In this document: one piece after another, positions 1 through 8,623 of the stretch | How the letters are laid out: every line of letters starts with the position of its first letter | How positions within the stretch are numbered: position 1 is the first letter of the stretch | Position numbers and translations under genes: made by a program | The notes under the pieces: generated by a model | Seen by the model: only the letters and a program-made list of their open reading frames with translations | Told to the model about the DNA's origin: nothing | Database searches by the model: none | NCBI RefSeq assembly: GCF_001997385.1 | Contig: NZ_CP019633.1 | Location: forward strand, 1,560,001 to 1,592,000 | Direction: 5' to 3' | From: Sedimentisphaera cyanobacteriorum | GTDB taxonomy: Bacteria > Planctomycetota > Phycisphaerae > Sedimentisphaerales > Sedimentisphaeraceae | Length of the DNA: 32,000 nucleotides

Positions 1-2304
1 TGCATAGCGATGGTCTGCAAGGTCGAACCGGCCGAAGCTGTCGAATATTGATATCCCGTCTGCCCCGAGAGAGCCTGCCCTCTGCTGGTGAGTTTGCACG
101 GCTCCTGCAAAGGTCTGTGAATCGTTTGGGTCGTCCTGATCTGTGAATGAACAAACCGCCGGCGCCATAACGATCTGGGCTGGCGAGAAGATCGGCTCAT
201 TTGAAGGCTTGAGCTGCATCTGAATATTATTCAGCTCCCCTGTAATGTCCTGACCTATTAAGATGAAGGCGTTAACATTAACGAAAGAATCAGGCAGCAG
301 GAGGCCTGTATTATCGCCATCTTCATCAACGAGCTGGCCTTGCTTCTTCTGGAATTTCTCTTCGTCCGGTGCAACAGGGGTGTTTAACTTAACCTCTGCC
401 CAGTCAACCAGGAGGGTATCTCCTGATGCCGGGTAGTCTTTTTTGTAGATCTTTACAATATCACCGTTTTGCAGTGAGAGGGATGGATAGGAATAGTAAT
501 CGAAGGAATCCTTGAAAATCTCTTCTGCGTCCTGCTGGTCTGCAAGGTTGGTTACTGCAGCAAATCCATCTGCTGGTATATCATCGTCAACCACATCAGA
601 TAAATTGAATTCATTGACAACAAAGCCGTCTCTAACGATATGAATCTCGTATTCATTGCTTGAGGCTACAGTCATCCCGCCTTCACGGAAGAATTCGAGC
701 AGGTAATATGTGCCTGTAGGTACAGTGCCCAAATTTTGCGGGTCTGTATGATCATAGATGCCGATGGCGCTGCAGTGGAGCGTTATATCCTTGAGCTCCT
801 CTGCGCCGTCATAGCCGTAATAAAGGATATTGGAATCGCTGTCGTAATGATCGCTGCCTTCGCTGTCAGAGTCCTGCCAGTCGAGCAGGTTCAGTGCGAA
901 CTGGGTGCTAAGCCTTCCGGCTGAATACCCCGCTCCGAATTCCTCGTGAGGGCTGTCGTTCAGTACGCTAAATACTGCTTCACGAATTTCTGCGAATTCA
1001 TAATCAGCTACGCCTTCCTCGCCGGTTATCTCTTCGGGGAAAGCCTTTACTCCCAAATCAGGCGTAATCTGGCGTGATTTGCTCATTGCAGTAAAGAGGT
1101 GGCGTCTTTCGGGATTGACTGTTTTCTCGTCAATCTCGCCGCCTCCGAAAATGCCAATGTACCAGCTCTCAAGCGCATCAACATTAGAAACTCTGGTGTC
1201 AGCGCCGTACATCTTGTACATATCGCCCCAGTAGCTGTCATTAGCGGGATCATCCTCATCTGCTCCGACAGTTGCCGGAAGCAGTGATTCAAGGCGTGAT
1301 GTAAAACTTGAATTTATGCAGAAGCGGTGCCTCAGCTCAAACTCATCGTCGAGGCTGTAGGGGCGGTAGTAGCTAAGGCCTTCAGAGGAAGTATTTTCAA
1401 TCCTCAGAGCTGCGTTTTCCGTATAGCTGAACCAGTCATCCTGAACTCCCGGCCTGCATCTTGAATTGTGGAAATCATCAATATTATCGGCCTCTGGAAT
1501 AACTGGCGCATACCAGAAAGGACCGCCGTATTTATTGTTATTGGTATTGAGCAGAAAATTCATCCCAACGCAAAGCGGAGACTCGCCGGAATATTTATAT
1601 TCTTCATTGCCGCTATTTTGTTCAATATCATTGAAGTAAGCAGTGTTTACGTTGACCATAGCTGAATTGTCTATAATCCGCACTGCGGCGAAATAGCTCT
1701 GCCCTGCCGGGGTTTTCATATCTGGAACTTCAAACCACCTCGCATCTACTACGCCGTCTCCATCCGCATCTGCAGGGAGGCCTTTAATATCTTCCGCGGT
1801 GAGCTCATCATCTTCGTCTTTATCATCTATAAATTTGTAAAATTCCTGATAGTCCGGGATATTTTTCATTGTTCCGGGCGGGTCAACATTCATATCGTTT
1901 TGAGATTCCGCGCCGAAATCAGCGAAACTCGGCTTGCTTATCTGCAGCCATTTTACAACGTCTCTGCCGGTTTCGTTTTGATATTTAACCACGCCCCCGC
2001 CATTATTTAAATCCTCGCCGGAGTAATACGGCTCAAGGCTGGCAAGCCAAGGGTCAGCGGGGCCCGGATAGTCAAACGGTTCGCTTGAAGCTGAGCAGTC
2101 CTTAGCGATCTCATCTGCTATAAGCTCCACTACCACACCCGAGGCGGTTTCTGTGTATGCGTCTTTTTTCTCAGCAGTGAGCTTTAGATTGCTTATCCTC
2201 GCAACAGAGAGCATTGTAAGCCCTACAGCAGCGAGAACTGCCATAAGAACCAGCACAATAATCATTGCCGAGGCTTTGCTGTTTTGTTTTAAGCTTTTCA
2301 TCAT
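1..2304 (-). CDS. gspK: Giant GspK-like minor pseudopilin (tip subunit); C-terminal part runs off the window (>=768 aa)
   Basis: Absent from the ORF track because there is no stop in the window. My translation of the minus strand from ATG 2304 (second ATG 2301) stays open to position 1. The N-terminus MMKSLKQNSKASAMIIVLVLMAVLAAVGLTML is a basic leader plus a hydrophobic helix without Glu+5, as in GspK. Other GspK-type blocks: AAVRIIDNSAMVNVNTA, FALNLLDWQDSD and an ADADGDGVVDARW Ca-site-like loop. It is the last gene of the G-H-I-J-K series. Confidence 0.7.
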   Translation of the reverse strand, partial: MMKSLKQNSKASAMIIVLVLMAVLAAVGLTMLSVARISNLKLTAEKKDAYTETASGVVVELIADEIAKDCSASSEPFDYPGPADPWLASLEPYYSGEDLNNGGGVVKYQNETGRDVVKWLQISKPSFADFGAESQNDMNVDPPGTMKNIPDYQEFYKFIDDKDEDDELTAEDIKGLPADADGDGVVDARWFEVPDMKTPAGQSYFAAVRIIDNSAMVNVNTAYFNDIEQNSGNEEYKYSGESPLCVGMNFLLNTNNNKYGGPFWYAPVIPEADNIDDFHNSRCRPGVQDDWFSYTENAALRIENTSSEGLSYYRPYSLDDEFELRHRFCINSSFTSRLESLLPATVGADEDDPANDSYWGDMYKMYGADTRVSNVDALESWYIGIFGGGEIDEKTVNPERRHLFTAMSKSRQITPDLGVKAFPEEITGEEGVADYEFAEIREAVFSVLNDSPHEEFGAGYSAGRLSTQFALNLLDWQDSDSEGSDHYDSDSNILYYGYDGAEELKDITLHCSAIGIYDHTDPQNLGTVPTGTYYLLEFFREGGMTVASSNEYEIHIVRDGFVVNEFNLSDVVDDDIPADGFAAVTNLADQQDAEEIFKDSFDYYSYPSLSLQNGDIVKIYKKDYPASGDTLLVDWAEVKLNTPVAPDEEKFQKKQGQLVDEDGDNTGLLLPDSFVNVNAFILIGQDITGELNNIQMQLKPSNEPIFSPAQIVMAPAVCSFTDQDDPNDSQTFAGAVQTHQQRAGSLGADGISIFDSFGRFDLADHRYA

Positions 2305-2326
2305 AACACTCACTTAATCAGGCGAA

Positions 2327-3376
2327 TCAGTCTAAGTAAACTGTCTGGCTGAAGGTTTTTACGTTTCCTGAATCGTCCAAATCTTTTTCAAATTCGAAGC
2401 GGAACCTGACGGCTATAGGCTTCAGGCCGGCCTCTATCGGCGCAGCTTGAGCAGAATTGCCGCTGAGCTCTATTCGCTCGAGCTCTCCGTCTCCGGGAGT
2501 GAACCAGCCTTCGCCGGTCAAATCAAAGCCGGCCATATTGAAGTAAACGCCGAATTCATCACTGCCAATCAAATCGTAATCCGAATCATTGCCGGTATGA
2601 GAGGTGTATGGGTCTGAATCCGGGAACCACCTTGTTATATACGGCTCGCTGCCGTCTGGGAGGCGGTCTTTCTCTGCTCCAAGGCCTGTTTGGATCTGAA
2701 GGCTCTTTACGCCGTCGAAAAGAAGAATCGGCCAAAACTCGCTGTTCCACTCGGAATCAGAGGTTTCAGGCGAGAACAGCTCAGAATTAAATTCTCTCAG
2801 ATAGCCCAGGTAAGCCAAAACATTTAATTCATTTTGAAAAAGCGAATTCCATCTCAAAAGGGAAATACTGTCGTAGCCCTTTTTATGGCTGTCAAACAGG
2901 CTCTGAGGAGCTAACATTGGTCCGTTTATCGTGGGGAAAGGATCCTGATTTGAATGACCGAGATCGTACTGATACTGGTCTATAATATTCACCTGGCGGA
3001 TGAGCTTGTTATTATCTTTATCTATAGAATAAAGCACCCTTGCAGATGAGCCTTCTATCTCTTCGGCCTCGGTTAGCGGATTTGCATAACCGCTGAAGCC
3101 TGCCGAAGAGAAGAACTGCATTCTGGCGTCTCCGTTTTCGCTGAACCACACGGCAAACGGGGCGTCTTTTATAAGAGCCTCAAGGTCGTTAGACAATACG
3201 TCTTTAGAAACGCTGAGCCTGTCCATAACAGAATTCACATGCGAGGAGGCCTTCTGCGCTCGGGCTGCCTCGTGAAATACCGCCGCTCCGGTGGCAAGGA
3301 TGATAACCACAAGAGCCGCTGATATAAGCATTTCAACAATTGTCATTGCTTTTCTGTTCATATTCTCAGCTTTCAA
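2327..3376 (-). CDS. gspJ: Minor pseudopilin with prepilin-type N-terminal cleavage/methylation motif (GspJ-like by position)
   Basis: 349-aa ORF. Leader ...NRKA|MTIVEMLISAALVVIILATGAAV has a hydrophobic helix with Glu+5. TTG 3376 overlaps the upstream gene by 11 nt; the alternative ATG 3361 gives leader MNRKA. The letter assignment rests only on gene order. Confidence 0.7.
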   Translation of the reverse strand: MKAENMNRKAMTIVEMLISAALVVIILATGAAVFHEAARAQKASSHVNSVMDRLSVSKDVLSNDLEALIKDAPFAVWFSENGDARMQFFSSAGFSGYANPLTEAEEIEGSSARVLYSIDKDNNKLIRQVNIIDQYQYDLGHSNQDPFPTINGPMLAPQSLFDSHKKGYDSISLLRWNSLFQNELNVLAYLGYLREFNSELFSPETSDSEWNSEFWPILLFDGVKSLQIQTGLGAEKDRLPDGSEPYITRWFPDSDPYTSHTGNDSDYDLIGSDEFGVYFNMAGFDLTGEGWFTPGDGELERIELSGNSAQAAPIEAGLKPIAVRFRFEFEKDLDDSGNVKTFSQTVYLD

Positions 3377-4136
3377 AATTCAAAACCGTTTCGTAAACGC
3401 TGATAGCAGGCGAACGCATCCCGCCGTTCGCTGCCGGGGGAACTGTCCAGACAGTGGTGATATTATCCCTGTCAGAATCCTCAAGGAACTTATCTATCCT
3501 GATATAAACATCTGCTCCTTCGGTGAAGATGTCCTCTATCTGATAATCATTGCCTGTGTTATCAGCTATGACAATCGCCTCTTTTACAATAAGCTCTTTC
3601 CAAGAGGGGGCTGTTCTTGAAGCGAGCGAGCTGTGAAGCTTCAAGAGATTCCCGGGCCTTGCATCATCAATTTCATCATCCAGAGGAAGGGCTATTAAGT
3701 TCGGGTAATCTGCCCAGTCATCGGGGTTTTGAGAGAATTTGTTATCATTAGTTCTGTAGAGGCTGTTTTTAAATATCTTTCTGCACGGTACAATCAAGAG
3801 CCTCCTAGCCTGACCTGCCGGAGGGCTGAGAAGCGGAGCAATAAGATACTCGCTTGAGCCTTGTTCATCTTTTACTCTGTATTCAGAGACATCTCTGCTG
3901 AGATTGCTGAATACATCTTCAAAACCAGCAGCGGTTGAGGGCTTTGCGAGGATCTTCATATCCGTCTCGAACTTTTCAGCTGCGAGCGAGCCTATCGTTT
4001 TCTCGGCGTTTTTTGCGGTGAGCGAGATTCCAAGCGGAAAAACGCTTGCAACAAGGGACATACCTATCACAAAGATACCCATAGACATGAGAACCTCGGT
4101 GAGAGTGAATGCCTTTTTGTTTGTTCTGTTTCTCAT
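3366..4136 (-). CDS. gspI: Minor pseudopilin with prepilin-type N-terminal motif (GspI-like by position)
   Basis: 256-aa ORF with MRNRTNKKA|FTLTEVLMSMGIFVIGMSLVASV. Its start overlaps the stop of the upstream gene by 1 nt (TAATG). Confidence 0.7.
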   Translation of the reverse strand: MRNRTNKKAFTLTEVLMSMGIFVIGMSLVASVFPLGISLTAKNAEKTIGSLAAEKFETDMKILAKPSTAAGFEDVFSNLSRDVSEYRVKDEQGSSEYLIAPLLSPPAGQARRLLIVPCRKIFKNSLYRTNDNKFSQNPDDWADYPNLIALPLDDEIDDARPGNLLKLHSSLASRTAPSWKELIVKEAIVIADNTGNDYQIEDIFTEGADVYIRIDKFLEDSDRDNITTVWTVPPAANGGMRSPAISVYETVLNFES

Positions 4137-4930
4137 TATTCTACCGCTTCTGTTTTAAGAAGGCCGCCTGTCCAAGTGTTGATTCGGTATTTCGGAAGCT
4201 GGAACAGAAATAAGCCCTTATCCTCCGCCTTCTGGAAGTCGAGATTTTTGAAAACAGATATTCTGCTAAGTCTGCTTTTTTCGCCGCCGTAGCCGTTTTC
4301 GGCGCTGTTATCAGCGCTTAAGAGTATCTTTGAGTCCTGCAGATTTCCCTGATTGAAGTAATCCTCGTACTCACCGAAGAGAATATCTTCACTGTTTGTC
4401 TTGCGGTAATCAGGGAAGATGCGCACCTTTCTAACAACCGCCTTGCCCGCCGGGCTGAAGCAAACGGTAAAGGTGGTAGTATCGTTCAGGTTCTTCGGTT
4501 CTACAGGGTTTCCAAGCGGATCGCTTTCATATATCTTTTCGTTTGAATAATTGCTTCTTTTGCGCATATCGCAGATTGAATAACCTGCGGGGAGATTCAC
4601 GGGCTTTCTGCCCGGGACGGGCTCAAAAGCATACTGCCTGCTTGAGTGCATCCCTTCGATATCACCTATAAACCGCACAAAAACCATATACTGGCTCCCG
4701 TCTTTGCTGCGCTGGAAGCGCACGCCTACGGGTTTCCCCTCGCTTACCGCCCTTGCACGGGCATTTGCAAGCGCAGATTCAACCGTATTAACAACGATAC
4801 CCTCAGATATGAAGGAATCCTTGAGTGCTGCTGCCGGAGGGATTGCCAGAAATGCCAGAACGAGCATCAATGACAGAACCACCAGGAGCTCAACGATTGT
4901 ATAGGCTTTTTTATTCAAATTTATATCCAT
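4136..4930 (-). CDS. gspH: Minor pseudopilin with prepilin-type N-terminal motif (GspH/FimT-like by position)
   Basis: 264-aa ORF with MDINLNKKA|YTIVELLVVLSLMLVLAFLAIP, followed by a VESALANARARAVSEGKPVGVRF segment reminiscent of GspH/FimT. Confidence 0.7.
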   Translation of the reverse strand: MDINLNKKAYTIVELLVVLSLMLVLAFLAIPPAAALKDSFISEGIVVNTVESALANARARAVSEGKPVGVRFQRSKDGSQYMVFVRFIGDIEGMHSSRQYAFEPVPGRKPVNLPAGYSICDMRKRSNYSNEKIYESDPLGNPVEPKNLNDTTTFTVCFSPAGKAVVRKVRIFPDYRKTNSEDILFGEYEDYFNQGNLQDSKILLSADNSAENGYGGEKSRLSRISVFKNLDFQKAEDKGLFLFQLPKYRINTWTGGLLKTEAVE

Positions 4931-4981
4931 CTGCGGCCCCGCTTTTCAAGCTTAAAACCAAGCGCACCAGCCGCTTAATTT

Positions 4982-5833
4982 CTACTGATTTTGGCTGAAA
5001 TTCGTTATGTCGTCTTCTGTGCCGAACTTGCCGTCTTTGCCCGCTGTGATAAGCAGGAAAGACTGAGGGCGGTATGGAACGATTTTGCTGTCATCCGCTG
5101 ATGAGATAGACTCATTCTTGATATACTGATTAAAAACTTCCTGATCAGTTAAAGCCCCGTCCGGGTCTTCCCAAGGACGCTCAAGGCCATTAAAGAATTG
5201 TGAATAATCTGAGTTATCCGTATCGAAAGGTACATTGCTGTCGCTTACGTCATAAACGCTTGATGCGCCTGCTGCTGTCTGCAGCTTGTTGTTTGTATTA
5301 GCCCTGTAGTAAAGAACCGGCATACCGTATTCAGCAGAGTCTCTCTTGAACACATCTGCTATGTAGTATCCGCCCGCTGCTAAATCCAGAGCGTCTTGCG
5401 TATGGCCAGATTCAACAGGATTTATCTTATCCGGCTCGATGTATGGGCCGGAGCGGGAATCGAGATTGAGTACATTGCCGTCATCATCTGCATAGAGGTT
5501 GTTATCATCATCTGCGTCAAACTGCGGTAGAGCATCTGGGTGAAGCCCAAGCATATCATATCCGAGAAGCGCTTCTGAGAGCTTCTGGCTTCCGTAATAA
5601 GCGTTCCCGTCTGAATCTGTATTGTCAGAATCGGGATACTGGCCGAAGTCGTTATTGAACGTTTCGAGGGCAACTGCGATTGTAGTAAGCTGGGATGTCT
5701 GCCTAACCTTCTGGCCTACATTTGCCACCTGATTTAGTGCAGGAATCAGCAGCACCAGCAAAACAGCAATTATTGATATCACCGTTAGAAGCTCAACGAG
5801 CGTGAAAGCCTTTGATTTATTTATCTTTTTCAT
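4982..5833 (-). CDS. gspG: Long GspG-like pseudopilin paralogue 4
   Basis: 283 aa. MKKINKSKA|FTLVELLTVISIIAVLLVLLIPAL; internal GPYI block; C-terminus ITAGKDGKFGTEDDITNF (GspG-type). RBS agagga upstream. Confidence 0.8.
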   Translation of the reverse strand: MKKINKSKAFTLVELLTVISIIAVLLVLLIPALNQVANVGQKVRQTSQLTTIAVALETFNNDFGQYPDSDNTDSDGNAYYGSQKLSEALLGYDMLGLHPDALPQFDADDDNNLYADDDGNVLNLDSRSGPYIEPDKINPVESGHTQDALDLAAGGYYIADVFKRDSAEYGMPVLYYRANTNNKLQTAAGASSVYDVSDSNVPFDTDNSDYSQFFNGLERPWEDPDGALTDQEVFNQYIKNESISSADDSKIVPYRPQSFLLITAGKDGKFGTEDDITNFSQNQ

Positions 5834-5866
5834 ATTTCAATCCTCTAAATAGAAGCTGCTAAAGCC

Positions 5867-6826
5867 TTAATTATCAAAATTCGTGATATCATCATCAGTT
5901 CCGAAAGCGCCGTCGTAGCCGGCGGAGATTATTATATATGAATCTTTGCGGACAGGCATATCATACGACCCGACCTTCCGGCTTGTAATAAACTCGTAGA
6001 ATTCCTGCTTGCCGTCTTTCCCGTTTCCGTCTTCATCGCCCTCAGCGAATCTGTGAGGCTCATCAGGATTCTTGAGGTTTTCCATTTCGAAGAAGCCGAT
6101 GTTGTCGTAATAATTGTAAACCGAATAGCTGGACGCCTCTTCATCCATGCTCGTCCAGCTTGTGTTTTCACCCGGACGAAAATATTTCGCCGAAGGATTA
6201 GACCTGAAATACAGCACTGGAGTTCCAGCCTGAACAACCGAGCCGCTCTCCAGCTCCACTCGCTTCATACTGTAGTTGTCGCTGATTACCGGAGCCCGCT
6301 GGTAGCCATTGCTTATGCTGTGGGAGTCTGCATCGTACTGGCAGTAGATACCGCCGTCGCTGTAGTCATCATAAAGCTGGCTTGGCTCTACAACGTTTAT
6401 GCTTTCTCTGTCTATATTGAGATACGGCCCAACCCTGTTGTTCCGGCTTTTCTCCTCTTCAGCATCGTAGTAAGTTGGCTCATTATCGATTCTTTTCTGC
6501 TCTCTTGAGGCTACGTAGAAGCCTGAATCCTCGTCAACGCCGGCAAGGTCTCTTCCTACAAGCCCCTCTGCAAGCTGCTGGGCTCCGTAAACATAACTGC
6601 CTCCGAGAGGCATACGCGTGGAATCGGGATAAAAGCCGAATTCCTTTTCAAAAAGCTCCAGCCCCACTCCCATAGAATGAATATTTGCGGCCTGCTGCAT
6701 ATTCTTGGATACAATCCGCACCCTTCCGGCAGCCACACCAATCACAGACATCAGCATGGCGATAATTGAAATCACCACGAGAAGCTCAATGATTGTAAAA
6801 CCTTTATTATTGTCAGGAGCTTTCAT
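5867..6826 (-). CDS. gspG: Long GspG-like pseudopilin paralogue 3
   Basis: 319 aa. MKAPDNNKG|FTIIELLVVISIIAMLMSV; GPYL block; C-terminus ISAGYDGAFGTDDDITNF. Confidence 0.8.
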   Translation of the reverse strand: MKAPDNNKGFTIIELLVVISIIAMLMSVIGVAAGRVRIVSKNMQQAANIHSMGVGLELFEKEFGFYPDSTRMPLGGSYVYGAQQLAEGLVGRDLAGVDEDSGFYVASREQKRIDNEPTYYDAEEEKSRNNRVGPYLNIDRESINVVEPSQLYDDYSDGGIYCQYDADSHSISNGYQRAPVISDNYSMKRVELESGSVVQAGTPVLYFRSNPSAKYFRPGENTSWTSMDEEASSYSVYNYYDNIGFFEMENLKNPDEPHRFAEGDEDGNGKDGKQEFYEFITSRKVGSYDMPVRKDSYIIISAGYDGAFGTDDDITNFDN

Positions 6827-6844
6827 TTGAAACCTTCCATAAAA

Positions 6845-7462
6845 TCAGAAATTACTTATATCGTCTTCGGTATCGAACTCGCAGTCCGGGCCTGCTGAAA
6901 CAATCCTCGGGAACGTCCATTCAGCTTTGTAATAATACCGTATTGCATTGCCCCAAGAGTCTGTAATCCTCGGGAGTATATACTCTTTGCCGGCATAAGC
7001 TGCCTTGAGCGTTTGGCCGTCATATTTTGCAGTTATCATATCAGAGGAGATCTCTTCGAGAAACTTCGCTGAATCAGGGCATCTTGAAAGAATAAAATAA
7101 AGCGCTTCAGAGCCGGCGAAGCTGTTATGAACAGAGGGTTCAGGAAGAAGCGTAACCGCGCCGCCATCAGCTTCCGGGCTGCCCGAGATTTCGGCCTCAA
7201 TAATCTCTTTGAGCTCATCAGGCTGAGGCAATCTGATATTCCCTGAATCATCTAGTGTTGTAAAAGGAACGTCGCCTCGGGCATTCTGATATCGCTCCAC
7301 AGCATCAGCAAGAACCGTTAAAAGTGCTTTAGTGTCTTTAAGCTTGAACTGGTTCTTCACTTTGACAGAAAACGGCACCGCCACGCCTGCTATTATAAGC
7401 AGAACAGCTGAAACAATCAGCAGCTCAACAATCGTAAAAGCTTTTAGTTTGCGCGGGCGCAT
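6845..7462 (-). CDS. gspG: GspG-like pseudopilin paralogue 2 (short form)
   Basis: 205 aa. MRPRKLKA|FTIVELLIVSAVLLIIAGVAVPF; DSWGNAIRYYY (GspG DPWGxxY-like block); C-terminus VSAGPDCEFDTEDDISNF. Confidence 0.8.
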   Translation of the reverse strand: MRPRKLKAFTIVELLIVSAVLLIIAGVAVPFSVKVKNQFKLKDTKALLTVLADAVERYQNARGDVPFTTLDDSGNIRLPQPDELKEIIEAEISGSPEADGGAVTLLPEPSVHNSFAGSEALYFILSRCPDSAKFLEEISSDMITAKYDGQTLKAAYAGKEYILPRITDSWGNAIRYYYKAEWTFPRIVSAGPDCEFDTEDDISNF

Positions 7463-7486
7463 GGCACATTCCTTCCCTGCAGGCCG

Positions 7487-7507
7487 CCGGCCGCAGAGAG
7501 CGGCCGG
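7487..7507 (-). promoter_or_regulatory. GC-only 8-bp stem / 5-nt loop hairpin between GspG paralogues 1 and 2 (intra-operon attenuator or mRNA-stabilising element)
   Basis: ccggccgc-agaga-gcggccgg lies 22 nt after the stop of the first GspG-like gene. There is no U-tract after it. Confidence 0.4.
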
Positions 7508-7528
7508 GCTTATTAAGTCTTAACAGGA

Positions 7529-8500
7529 TTATTCTTTTTCGTTGTCAAAGTTTGTAAGGTCGTCGGCAGTTCCGTAGAGACCGTCTTTGCCGGCAGACCA
7601 AAGGATATATGAGTTCGCTCTGTAAGGCCTTTTGATAGAGTCAACTTTCTCGTTGAGGATGAGATCTTCGAGCTTATCTTCACTGTATGTTTCGTCTGCT
7701 TCGTAAATAAACGGATGTTCTTCATTCTGCGAACCGGGTACGCCTTCATCTATCAGGGCATAGTTGTCGATAGAGTAGTAGATGTCGTCCTGATACTCAT
7801 CGAGGTCATCCTGATCGTTCTCGTCGTGCGTATAATCCTGACGGCTGAACTGAGTTCTTGCCTTGAAGTAAAGAATCGGCATACCGGTTTTCAGCCCGCT
7901 GGCTCTTCTGGTTTTTGCGAAGATATCGCAGAGAACAAGAGAATCAGCAGCAAAGTTTGCCGTATTTTCGTAAACATCGCTCATCTGGAATGCGTTGGCA
8001 TTTTCAAGATCGAGATAAGGCCCAGTTCTTGCATCAAGATTTTCTTCAGCTGTCTGCCATTGGGCAGTGTCTGTTTCTGCGTTGTAAACCTCTTCAAGAC
8101 CTCTTGTACCATCATCATATCTCACGCAGGCCTCTCCATCGCTCCAGAAACCTGAAGAAGGATGGAAGCCGAGCATATCTAAGCCCATCATAGCCTCTGC
8201 AAGCTTATTGGCACCAACGTAATGATTTGTGTCTTCCTGAGAGCTTCCGGCACAGGTTCTCTCCGGAGTTAAGTCGTTATTGTCTTCGTTAATGTTGTCG
8301 TATGAATCCGGCATCTCGCCAAAGTCCGACTGGAACAGCTCAATGCCCACTTCAATACTGTGGAACTGAGCCTTCTGCTGGATTACCTTGGAGTAGTCGC
8401 GCACCTGCTGGAGCGCCGGAAGAAGCAGACTGATGAGAATCACGATGATCCCCATAACGGTAAGCATCTCCACAATTGTGAAACCTTTAGACCTTTTCAT
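7529..8500 (-). CDS. gspG: Long GspG-like pseudopilin paralogue 1 (candidate major subunit)
   Basis: MKRSKG|FTIVEMLTVMGIIVILISLLLPAL; GPYL block; C-terminus WSAGKDGLYGTADDLTNF. ATG 8500 is preceded by aaaggacaggaatt (RBS). The ORF-track TTG 8533 would give an atypically long 17-aa leader. Confidence 0.8.
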   Translation of the reverse strand: MKRSKGFTIVEMLTVMGIIVILISLLLPALQQVRDYSKVIQQKAQFHSIEVGIELFQSDFGEMPDSYDNINEDNNDLTPERTCAGSSQEDTNHYVGANKLAEAMMGLDMLGFHPSSGFWSDGEACVRYDDGTRGLEEVYNAETDTAQWQTAEENLDARTGPYLDLENANAFQMSDVYENTANFAADSLVLCDIFAKTRRASGLKTGMPILYFKARTQFSRQDYTHDENDQDDLDEYQDDIYYSIDNYALIDEGVPGSQNEEHPFIYEADETYSEDKLEDLILNEKVDSIKRPYRANSYILWSAGKDGLYGTADDLTNFDNEKE

Positions 8501-8623
8501 AATTCCTGTCCTTTCGATATTACTTTTTAACAAGCCCGGCTTACTGACCGGCCGGAAATCGGCATTTATTAGATTTCAGATTTACGATTCAAAATTTTCA
8601 ATTTTTATTTTTTGCTTTCCTGA

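Noticed and set aside
736-1665. Short ORF-track entries (736-924, 1083-1292, 1099-1287, 1468-1665) as the only genes in the first 2.3 kb
   Set aside because: My manual translation shows one continuous minus-strand frame from 2304 to 1 with GspK features. The short ORFs are off-frame artefacts.
5932-8193. Alternative-frame and antisense ORFs within the pseudopilin genes (5932-6237, 6053-6508, 7715-8155, 7915-8193, 7513-7749)
   Set aside because: They overlap genes that have clear prepilin motifs and GspG C-terminal signatures, and they lack RBS or start context. They are typical shadow ORFs.
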